Shown piece by piece: positions 17,160-24,963 of a stretch of 38,723 bases of DNA. The translations under genes and the position numbers were made by a program. Numbering within the stretch: the first letter of the stretch is position 1; the number at the start of each line of letters is the position of its first letter. The stretch spans positions 1 through 38,723 of the forward strand of contig DAOMHE010000002.1 in NCBI GenBank assembly GCA_035430785.1. The letters are read 5' to 3'. Source of the stretch: Spirochaetota bacterium (GTDB taxonomy: Bacteria; Spirochaetota; UBA4802; JAFGJZ01). The notes beneath the pieces were generated by a model. It made no database searches. It worked only from the letters and a program-made list of their open reading frames with translations, and had not been told where the DNA came from.

Positions 17160-17993
17160 ATGACTGAAGAAAACTCTTTTACGGAAGAAGACTTAAGCCG
17201 CATCAGGCAAAAGGCTTTCAGTTCAGAGCTGAAAGGGCTTATTTCAAAAGTCACACGTGAAGTTCACCCCGGAGATTCGGTTAAGAAACCGGATCCTTTA
17301 TATTCGGCATCTAATCTTTTTTACCGGGCGTTGAATAGACCATATATGGGTTCAGATTTTATTGAAGTAAGGGAATTCCGTATATTTTCGGAAGAATCAT
17401 TTGTTTCTGCTGAAATATACTGCTATGACTGTGATAAATCGCTGTATTCATCGAATTCTTCCAAATCGATCATACCGACGAAAGATTTTTTCCGCAAACT
17501 TCGCAAAAAGAAACCTTTTGATTATTCTTTTCAGGGATCAATTTTAAAAATATTTCCTTTCGCGGATTTTACTGAATTGTTTGATAACGAATTCTTTCCG
17601 CCTTTTATTGTTTCACCTGACGGTGATTTTTCTAAACTCGCTTCGATTGATGCGCTTATGAGGAAAATTGAAACCAGAGAATATGAGCCGGATTTTATGA
17701 GTCTTGCAAAGATTATGATTCAGCTTACGGATTATTATGATAAGAGTTTTCTTATTTCACTTTCCGCTTCAGAAAAACTTCCTGAATCATTGTTTCTTTT
17801 AAGCCGGATAAAGTCTATTGTTAAAATGAATTGCCCCGATGTAGAAATTATAATTTCATCTCAGCGCAAAATGGTATTATTTGCTGATTCGGCATCCGCT
17901 GAAAAAGCGCTGTCTCTCGCGGTTGAAAACGAGAAGGTCGTTTTTGAAGAAATAAAAAACATCCGAAACGAAATATTTTCAATTTTCGGATGA
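17160..17993 (+). CDS. Hypothetical protein (C-terminal half vaguely GGDEF-fold-like, motif absent)
   Basis: 277-aa ORF with GGTGGA upstream. There is no signal peptide and no recognisable catalytic motif. See the finding at 17160-17993. Confidence 0.6.
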   Translation: MTEENSFTEEDLSRIRQKAFSSELKGLISKVTREVHPGDSVKKPDPLYSASNLFYRALNRPYMGSDFIEVREFRIFSEESFVSAEIYCYDCDKSLYSSNSSKSIIPTKDFFRKLRKKKPFDYSFQGSILKIFPFADFTELFDNEFFPPFIVSPDGDFSKLASIDALMRKIETREYEPDFMSLAKIMIQLTDYYDKSFLISLSASEKLPESLFLLSRIKSIVKMNCPDVEIIISSQRKMVLFADSASAEKALSLAVENEKVVFEEIKNIRNEIFSIFG

Positions 17994-18021
17994 GAGCTGA
18001 TGCCCGCAATTTTGTTATAAG

Positions 18022-19179
18022 TTAAATAATCTTTTTTTCTTTCAATGCGAGCCGTATAGTATCAAGCTGATTTGCATTGTTTATTACTTTGACGATATGT
18101 ATTCCGTCATCGGAAAGCTTTACCGGTTTTGCTTCAGAGTAATAACTCGCCGCTATTTTCCCCTGAACTCTTTTGAATTTACAGAATACACGTACCTCCG
18201 GATGGAGAATTCTGTCAGGATTGTATGAATCGATCAGAGCAAGTTCTTCTGAGTTAAGTGTGCAGATATCATTTTTCTTGAAAATATCTTCAGTGCAGTT
18301 GAGAAGGGAAGGCATTATGTTTATAAATTCGGATACAAGTTCGTAATCGAATATCGTATCAATGCTGTTTATTATTGCGTGAACGGCCTGAATTGAAGTA
18401 AAGGATTCTTTCCGGAACGGTCTGACCGTGGTAAGCGCGTCATATATGTCGCAGATGGAAATCAGTTTCGGGAATACCGGAAGATTTTCATACGGGAGCT
18501 GATAATAACCGTTGTTGTTGAATTTCTCATGATGAAATAAAACTCCCTGCTGAATAATAGGGTCCGTATTGTTTACGTTTTTTATCATCTCGTAGCCGAG
18601 CTGTGGATGACGTTTTACTTTTTGAAATTCAGAGACGTTGAATGCTCCTTCTTTGTTGAGTAATTGTTTGTCTATTTGTTTGTGCCCGATGTCGTGAAGA
18701 TACGCCGAAAGTGTTATCGAGCGCAGTTCGTCTTCGTTGAATTTTTTCATACGCTTGGCAAGAACCGCAGTCATGAATCCGACGTTTACGGAATGGTTAT
18801 ATAAGTAATCATCGAAAGAGCTGAGCTCCTTCAAAAGGTCAATTTCTTCAATTTCAATTGAATTTAGTTCGGAAAGAACTTCGTCAACTACCTGTTCGGC
18901 TGCACGATAGCCTGTTTTGCTGAGCTTGTTTGTTTTTTCAACTTCATCAAGAATTGTTTTTGCGTTGTTGTATACGATATTGACACGGTAATGCGGAATC
19001 TTTACCTTTTCGTTTGAAGAATCGTAATAGAGATATTTTCCGTATTTTGCCTGAAAACTTTCAATCATCTCTTTGGTGATTGAAATCCTTGCTTCAAGCA
19101 CCTTTTTTCCGTCTTCAGAAAAAAGCGGATTAACAAAACTGGAACCGGGTGAAATATACAATAGATCAACTTTTTTCAT
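18022..19179 (-). CDS. HD-GYP-type c-di-GMP phosphodiesterase family protein (GYP motif degenerate)
   Basis: The metal ligands are in order: NHSVNVG, YLHDIGH, KRHPQLG, LFHHEKFNNNGYY (canonical HHExxDGxGYP, here with NNNGYY), and ICDIYDAL. N- and C-terminal extensions of unknown function are present. No obvious SD precedes the ATG at 19179. Confidence 0.8.
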   Translation of the reverse strand: MKKVDLLYISPGSSFVNPLFSEDGKKVLEARISITKEMIESFQAKYGKYLYYDSSNEKVKIPHYRVNIVYNNAKTILDEVEKTNKLSKTGYRAAEQVVDEVLSELNSIEIEEIDLLKELSSFDDYLYNHSVNVGFMTAVLAKRMKKFNEDELRSITLSAYLHDIGHKQIDKQLLNKEGAFNVSEFQKVKRHPQLGYEMIKNVNNTDPIIQQGVLFHHEKFNNNGYYQLPYENLPVFPKLISICDIYDALTTVRPFRKESFTSIQAVHAIINSIDTIFDYELVSEFINIMPSLLNCTEDIFKKNDICTLNSEELALIDSYNPDRILHPEVRVFCKFKRVQGKIAASYYSEAKPVKLSDDGIHIVKVINNANQLDTIRLALKEKKII

Positions 19180-19566
19180 TTTATTATTCTACACTAATAT
19201 TTATTAAATTCAAATAATTATTATTAATTTGTCTTAAATTTGAAAGCATTTTGAAAAATATAAAGTAGTAAATCATTATTAAAGTGTATAATAATTCATA
19301 ATTTTGCTGTCAAAGCATAAATTGTGCCATTTTTTTTAAAAAAATTAACGGAAAAAATGAGTTATTCCGATTATATATATGAAGGGGGAGAACAGCGGAA
19401 AAAAACCATAAATACCCAATTCATGCCTAAAAAGACTCAAAAACGCAAATATATCCATATAAACACGAAAAAACGACAATAATCACCTTCCAGATTCAGT
19501 GCTCTGACACCGAATAGTTATCTGTAACTGATAAATGCTTCCGGATGATGGAAGCGGATAACTTTG

Positions 19567-19590
19567 GTGGTATTGCGAAATCGGCTGAAG
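19567..19590 (+). repeat. Copy B of the short element shared with 290-313
   Basis: 22 of 24 positions are identical to 290-313 on the same strand. It is followed by the GC-rich hairpin GGCGGA-tttt-CCGCC nested inside CGGC...GCCG. Confidence 0.6.
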
Positions 19591-19707
19591 GCGGATTTTC
19601 CGCCCGCCGGTTTGGCATTACAAATATATTGTACGCAAACTGGGATGTTCTTTGAAATTCAGACCGGCGTTAAGCCGGAATACTTTTGGTTCTAACGGCA
19701 TATATAG

Positions 19708-19746
19708 CGCCCGGTAAGGAGATCGGGTGAGAATATACAAAGGAGT
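19708..19746 (+). promoter_or_regulatory. flaB2 leader: hairpin presenting GGA in its loop, plus a GGA-containing SD (CsrA-type two-site layout)
   Basis: CGCCCG-gtaaGGAgat-CGGGTG forms a 6-bp stem including one G-U pair (19708-19729). After 11 nt comes AAAGGAG (19739-19745), then ATG 19753. Confidence 0.4.
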
Positions 19747-19752
19747 GTATAT

Positions 19753-20601
19753 ATGATTATTAACCATAACATGAGCGCGATTAATGCAAACCGTGTTTTG
19801 AAGTTCAAACACTGGGACGTTAACAGATCTACTGAGAAACTTTCTTCCGGTATGAGAATTAACAAATCAGGGGACGATGCTTCCGGACTTGCAGTATCAG
19901 AAAAAATGAGAACTCAGATTCAGGGTCTTCGTCAGGCTGAAAGAAATGCTGAAGACGGCATGAGCTTTGTTCAGACTACAGAAGGTTACCTTGACCAGAC
20001 TTCTCAGATTCTTCAGAGAATACGCGTTCTTGCAGTTCAGTCTTCAAACGGTATTTATACTAATGAAGACCGCCAGCTCATTCAGGTTGAAGTTTCGGCT
20101 TTGATCGATGAAGTTGACAGAATTGCATCTCAGGCAGAGTTTAACAAATTTAAACTTCTTCTTGGTGATTATTCCAGAACTAATCCTAAGGCTTCTATGT
20201 GGTTCCACATCGGAGCTAATATGCATCAGAGAGAAAGAGTTTACATCGGAACTATGACTGCTGAGGGTCTTAGCCTCAAAGAAAAAACCGGTGAATTCTT
20301 GGCAAATCTTTCGACTGCTGACAAAGCTAACAGAACAATCGGTGTTGTCGACGAAGCACTTCAGAAGATTGCAAAACAGAGAGCGGATCTTGGAGCATAT
20401 TACAACAGACTTGAATTTGCTTCTAAAGGTCTCATGAATGCTTATGAAAACATTCAGGCTTCTGAATCCCGTATTCGTGACGCTGATATGGCTGAAACAA
20501 TGGTTGATCTTACTAAAGATCAGATTCTTGTTCAGAGCGGCACTTCAATGCTTGCTCAGGCTAATCAGAAAGCGCAGACTGTCCTCCAGCTTTTAAGATA
20601 A
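19753..20601 (+). CDS. flaB: Flagellar filament core protein FlaB (flagellin), paralog 2
   Basis: 282 aa, colinear without gaps with the 330-1178 product. It shares the conserved flagellin N and C termini. It has a strongly T-ending codon preference (GCT, TCT, ACT, CTT, AGA). Confidence 0.95.
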
Positions 20602-20683
20602 TCGGGAGAGAAGGCGAACAATAGAACATCCCTTTTTGAATAAACTGTATGTTGCAAACCGAAAGTATTTTTTCTGAATAAAT

Positions 20684-20710
20684 AAAAACCGGCTCATTGA
20701 GCCGGTTTTT
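20684..20710. terminator. Bidirectional intrinsic terminator
   Basis: AAAAACCGGCTC-attg-AGCCGGTTTTT between flaB2 (+) and the response regulator (-). Confidence 0.85.
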
Positions 20711-20714
20711 CGCA

Positions 20715-22190
20715 TTAATCTGAATCCTTATGCCATTTTAAACTGTTTTCAGAAAGCATAAAACGGTTTTTGCCGCTTGTCTTGGCTTTGTAGAGGACGT
20801 GATCTGCGAAATCTATAAATGCTTCCGCCATGTTCTGAAAATAGCTCTGAGGTATGGGTTTGGGCATTTCGTTGATATCGAAATCAGGTGATTCAAGAAG
20901 TCCGACTCCGATTGAGCATTTGATCGTGAGAGGCTTTCCGTTGACGTTTATAGGATTATCTGTAAGCTGGCTGTAGAAACGGTTGAGAACAATCTCTACT
21001 GAGTCAAAATTTGTCTGCGGTAAAAGAACAGTGAATTCATCTCCGCCGTAACGGCCTACTGCATCGGTATTTCTTGTTGCCTTAAGCAGGGAACGGCCTA
21101 TAATTGCAATCGCCTGATCTCCTGCAATATGACCGTGTTCATCATTAATATTTTTTAGATTATCAACATCGACCATCATCAGAACGAGAGGGTAGTTGTT
21201 GCGGAAAGCTCCACGGAGATCGCGAAGGAGGCATTGAATGAAAAACCCCCTTACATAGACTCCTGTCAGAGGATCGATCGTTGCGATTTGATGCAGACGT
21301 GAATTGTGAATTGCAACGGCGGCCTGATTCGCGAATACACTCAGAAGCGAAACATCGTCTTCAAGGCTTATTTCGCGGTCTACATAGACGACTCCGACAT
21401 TATAATCGGCAACTCTTAACGGTATGGCTGTTCTGCCGTTTTTGACATAAACGATTCCTTCGTTCAGTGCCTTTCCGATGATTTCAGTTTCGTTTCCTTC
21501 AAGAAAATCCTTGATATGATGCTTTGGATTGAAGCGTCCTGTTGCCGCCTGAATTATAAGACCTGCTTCTTCATCCATCATTGCGAGAAATGAATCTTCA
21601 TGCTGTTCAACATTCATCGAGTTATTGTCGCCGAATACAGCCAAAAAGGAATTTCCGACACCGAGAAGACCCATTATCTGAATCAGAATTCCGTTAAGAA
21701 GTTCTTCTAAAGGCTGTATGCGGTGCAGATCCGGTGTTACATTCAGAATGTAATTCAGGCTCTCGCGGCTTTTGCTGATTTGTTTTATAGAATTAGCGGA
21801 TTTGAGGCCTACATCAACCCATAGCAAAAGCCTGTCCGGTCCCTCGCTTTTATCGAAATATCCCTGTATGTCGAGTCTTCGAAGCAGTTCGCGCGGAGGA
21901 TGTTCTGATGCGTATCCTGTCTGAAGTATTATCTGTATTATTTTATTTTTTTTGCGGAGTTCTGCGACAAATTCTTCACCAGTCATGCCGGGCATAAAAT
22001 AATCGAGAAGAATCAAATCAAAAGATGATTTTTCAAGAATTGCCAGAGCCTCCGCTCCTCCCGGAGCAGTTGTGACATTGTGTCCTTCACGCGAAAGGAG
22101 TAAGCGAGTAGCTTCGAGATATTCAAGATTATCATCAACCAGAAGAATATCACCGCCTTTCTCAGAGTTGAGTTTATATTTTCGTGCCAA
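20715..22190 (-). CDS. Response regulator with REC-GAF-GGDEF architecture (diguanylate cyclase)
   Basis: - REC: ILLVDDN...DLILLDYFMPGMTG...QTGYA...YFDKS.
- Central GAF-like region.
- GGDEF domain with intact RYGGDEF and an RNTD I-site 5 residues upstream.

The start is reassigned to TTG 22188-22190, with AGGAGGA 5 nt upstream. The track's 31-codon N-terminal extension lies inside the kinase gene and looks non-native. Confidence 0.85.
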   Translation of the reverse strand: MARKYKLNSEKGGDILLVDDNLEYLEATRLLLSREGHNVTTAPGGAEALAILEKSSFDLILLDYFMPGMTGEEFVAELRKKNKIIQIILQTGYASEHPPRELLRRLDIQGYFDKSEGPDRLLLWVDVGLKSANSIKQISKSRESLNYILNVTPDLHRIQPLEELLNGILIQIMGLLGVGNSFLAVFGDNNSMNVEQHEDSFLAMMDEEAGLIIQAATGRFNPKHHIKDFLEGNETEIIGKALNEGIVYVKNGRTAIPLRVADYNVGVVYVDREISLEDDVSLLSVFANQAAVAIHNSRLHQIATIDPLTGVYVRGFFIQCLLRDLRGAFRNNYPLVLMMVDVDNLKNINDEHGHIAGDQAIAIIGRSLLKATRNTDAVGRYGGDEFTVLLPQTNFDSVEIVLNRFYSQLTDNPINVNGKPLTIKCSIGVGLLESPDFDINEMPKPIPQSYFQNMAEAFIDFADHVLYKAKTSGKNRFMLSENSLKWHKDSD

Positions 22191-24699
22191 TGTGATCCTC
22201 CTGATCCGACTTGAGATGAATAATAAACTGCGTACCTCCATTGATGCCGTTAGTGACTTCAATGCTTCCGCCGAATTCTGCACATACGATATTATGAACC
22301 AGTGTTAAACCAAGTCCTGTTCCGACCCCGAAAGGTTTTGTCGTGAACATCGGGTCAAATATTTTTGTCAGGTTTTCCTTGCTTATTCCGCTGCCGTTAT
22401 CGGTCACACTGAGAATAACTTCTTTTTCTGTTTCAATAATGCTTACTTCAATTTTACCGCTTCCGTCGTTCGGACACGCTTCGATAGAATTATTGACAAG
22501 GTTTGTGATTACCTGAGAAAGCCTTCCCGGAACTCCGTTTATTTCAATATAGTCCCGTTCGCAGGTCAATTTAATTTCGCATTTACTTTGCTTTAGAGAA
22601 TGGCTGAGCAAAAGCAGAGCCTCACGTATTACTTCTACGGCATTGAAATGGAAACGGTCTTTCGGATCAAGGTCACGTGTTTGCGATTTGATGCCGTGAA
22701 CGAAAGCGGCTGCTTTCTCTGCGGCTTTTTCGGCCAGAGTCAGAGAGTGTTTTATTTCTGCGGCAATTTCGCGGTGATCATCATCGCTTACATCAGGATC
22801 TCCGATTGATTTATCATATTCTTCTGTCAGTCTGGATATTTCCGAGAGAGAAGTGCGGATAGATGCGACCGGAGTATTCATTTCGTGAGCTATGCCTGCA
22901 GTCATTTTGCCGAGCGAAGCCATCTTGTCAATGACGAGCATTTTTTCCTGATTTTCTTTCAGTGAATGATAAGCTTCTTCGAGCAGCTCCTGCTTGGTTT
23001 CGAGATTCTGCAGAAGAGTTTTGAGTTGTTTATCTTTAATAACTTCCTGCGCCAGCAGAATACTTAAAAACGAGTTTGATACAAGCTGTCGGATGTTTTC
23101 AATGATTTCGGCAGGTTCTGCCAGCTGAAAGACGAAATATCCGATGATTTCCTCATAATTCAAAAGAGGTTCTATGACCAGATTTGAAGAACCGCCTATT
23201 GAACATTCTTCCGGTAAAAGTTCATTGCTCGGAAATTCTTTTCCGTCAATATTCCAGTATGTGTTTCCGTTCGGCATATAATATAGTACAATTTTTGATT
23301 TTGAAAGTTCCTTGTCGCAAAATAGAGAAATGAAGAAAGATGTTACTCCGAATTTCGGCAATTCTCTTGAGATGTGATTTAAATAATTTTTCATGTCAAT
23401 CAGGGGAGAAAAATAAGAGCTGAAAAGGATAAAAAGATAATCCTTTTTTTGTGTTTCAAGCCGCTTTGCTGCAAACAGGTTTTTTTCGGCTTCGATAATC
23501 ATAAAGCGTGCGCTTTCGAAGAAGGATACGGCAGAATTATTTTGAATGCTGTTATAATCTGAAGATTCAAGAATATCCGCGCTCCATGCTGTCAGAAAAT
23601 TATGCCATCCGGTGAAAACTTCGTCATTGTCATTATTTTCAATCGAAGAAAGTAATTCTTCATTAAATATATAAAGCAGTTTTGAAAAATCATCATTACT
23701 CATAAATTCTTCAAAACTCTTTTGTAGTATATTAACATTATCCGGTTTGGTAAAAACTGTACTTTGGATAATTTCCTGTTTTGTTTTTTTGCCTGCTATG
23801 TAATCTTTTTGCGAGATATAATTCTTTAATATACATCCGCATGAATTCCTTATGATAAGTTTTGCCGGTATCAAACGGCGTTTTTCAAATTTATCTCCTG
23901 ACAAAACAGAACACATTGCTTCAAGTGCACTTTCTGCCATCTCTTTATGCGGCTGTTGAACCGTAGTCAGCGGCACGGCATTGCATTGTGATTGATCCGT
24001 GTTGTCAAAACCGCTAAGTGAAATTTCATGCGGGACCTTTATGCCGTGTTTTTTAAGTATATCGAAAGCTCCAAGCGCACTGTCATCATTTACTGCTATT
24101 ATAGAATCAAAATCAATTCCTGATTTAATTACTTCTTCAACAGCTTCAATTGCCAGATCGTATCTGTAAGATACATGACGGATTAATTCATCGTTAACCG
24201 GAAGCCCCCGTTTAGTCATTTCCTCCCTGAAAACCGAAAGACGTAAATGAGCTTCATCGTTGTTTTGCGGACCTGCAAGAAAAAGTACTTTTGATGCGTC
24301 GTGTTCATCAAGCATGTGACTGACAATTTGGCGCATTCCTTCTTTGTTATCAAGAAGAATGGATACTGCATCTTCCAGTTCGACGCCGATGCTGACAACG
24401 GGTATGGGTGAAAAGCGTTTAAGGAATTCCGACAATTTGTCTTTCCCGCAGCTTTGAGACAGTGAGGCTGAAAGTACTATCAGTCCGTCGATTCGTTGAG
24501 CAGATGCCAGATCGTATATTTTATTCCATTGCCTGTGAAGAATACTTTCATCAAGAAGGACTCCGCCGCAGAAGGTTATCATTTCAATATTTCTATTGCG
24601 GGCGGCATTAAACAGATGGCGCCACATTGTGTTATTGTAGGTGCCGGCTATATCAAAGGTCAGAAATCCTATTGTGTGCTTTCCCGCGTTTGTTCTCAC
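22174..24699 (-). CDS. Soluble sensor histidine kinase with an N-terminal LacI/PBP type-I sugar-binding fold
   Basis: - Residues about 8-290 look like a LacI-family effector domain (IGFLTFDI..., RIDGLIVLS, PVVSIG, VLFLAGPQNNDEAHLRLSVF, IIAVNDDSALGAFDILKKHGIKVPHEISLSGFDN) but lack an HTH.
- No signal peptide or TM segment is present.
- A middle GAF-like region and a coiled coil follow.
- The H-box is AGIAHEMNTP; the N, G1 and G2 boxes are NLVNNSIEA, DNGSGI, GVGTGLGL.
- The start codon is GTG. Confidence 0.85.
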   Translation of the reverse strand: MRTNAGKHTIGFLTFDIAGTYNNTMWRHLFNAARNRNIEMITFCGGVLLDESILHRQWNKIYDLASAQRIDGLIVLSASLSQSCGKDKLSEFLKRFSPIPVVSIGVELEDAVSILLDNKEGMRQIVSHMLDEHDASKVLFLAGPQNNDEAHLRLSVFREEMTKRGLPVNDELIRHVSYRYDLAIEAVEEVIKSGIDFDSIIAVNDDSALGAFDILKKHGIKVPHEISLSGFDNTDQSQCNAVPLTTVQQPHKEMAESALEAMCSVLSGDKFEKRRLIPAKLIIRNSCGCILKNYISQKDYIAGKKTKQEIIQSTVFTKPDNVNILQKSFEEFMSNDDFSKLLYIFNEELLSSIENNDNDEVFTGWHNFLTAWSADILESSDYNSIQNNSAVSFFESARFMIIEAEKNLFAAKRLETQKKDYLFILFSSYFSPLIDMKNYLNHISRELPKFGVTSFFISLFCDKELSKSKIVLYYMPNGNTYWNIDGKEFPSNELLPEECSIGGSSNLVIEPLLNYEEIIGYFVFQLAEPAEIIENIRQLVSNSFLSILLAQEVIKDKQLKTLLQNLETKQELLEEAYHSLKENQEKMLVIDKMASLGKMTAGIAHEMNTPVASIRTSLSEISRLTEEYDKSIGDPDVSDDDHREIAAEIKHSLTLAEKAAEKAAAFVHGIKSQTRDLDPKDRFHFNAVEVIREALLLLSHSLKQSKCEIKLTCERDYIEINGVPGRLSQVITNLVNNSIEACPNDGSGKIEVSIIETEKEVILSVTDNGSGISKENLTKIFDPMFTTKPFGVGTGLGLTLVHNIVCAEFGGSIEVTNGINGGTQFIIHLKSDQEDHIGTKI

Positions 24700-24893
24700 T
24701 CTTTGGTACTCCGAAATAATCGCTATTTCCTGCCTTCACGTAATAAACAGAAGCCTGATTATTGATTCCTGAATTTATTATGAACTATTTTATCGAACGG
24801 GTCAATTAAAATTCAAGAGACCGGGCGGTTAAACCGGTTATTGCCGCACGGAAAAAGCTTCCCGCAAGAAAGGACTGAGCGGGTGAAAAATAC

Positions 24894-24921
24894 TTGACAA
24901 AAAGTATACTGAAAGTATACT
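24894..24921 (+). promoter_or_regulatory. Sigma70-type promoter with twin palindromic boxes (probable TetR operator)
   Basis: TTGACA (24894-24899), a 16-nt spacer, then TATACT (24916-24921). The self-complementary octamer AGTATACT occurs twice (24903-24910 and 24914-24921), covering the spacer and the -10. A second extended -10, TGTGTATAAT, lies at 24941-24950. Confidence 0.55.
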
Positions 24922-24963
24922 AGATATACGAAAAGGGAAATGTGTATAATAAGGGTGAATATA

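Noticed and set aside
19357-19482. A 41-codon Lys/Arg-rich ORF (MSYSDYIYEGGEQRKKTINTQFMPKKTQKRKYIHINTKKRQ) in the flaB2 upstream region.
   Set aside because: Its basic composition is what A-rich non-coding DNA yields in this frame. The SD is weak and the sequence has no recognisable features. It is kept only as a remote possibility within the long-leader finding.
19520-19545. TTATC-containing motifs (TTATCTGTA, CTGATAAAT) considered as DnaA boxes or an origin, given the long AT-rich non-coding region.
   Set aside because: There is no match to TTATCCACA and no clustered boxes. There is no dnaA or dnaN nearby, and no consistent switch of gene orientation around the site.
19618-19812. A 64-aa minus-strand ORF overlapping the flaB2 start.
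   Set aside because: It is antisense to a highly conserved flagellin N-terminus and its leader, and it has no SD. It is almost certainly spurious.
22191-22283. A 31-codon N-terminal extension of the response regulator ORF (MQNSAEALKSLT...).
   Set aside because: It lies entirely inside the kinase coding region and reads as an out-of-frame translation. A TTG with AGGAGGA 5 nt upstream at 22188-22190 gives a normal REC N-terminus.
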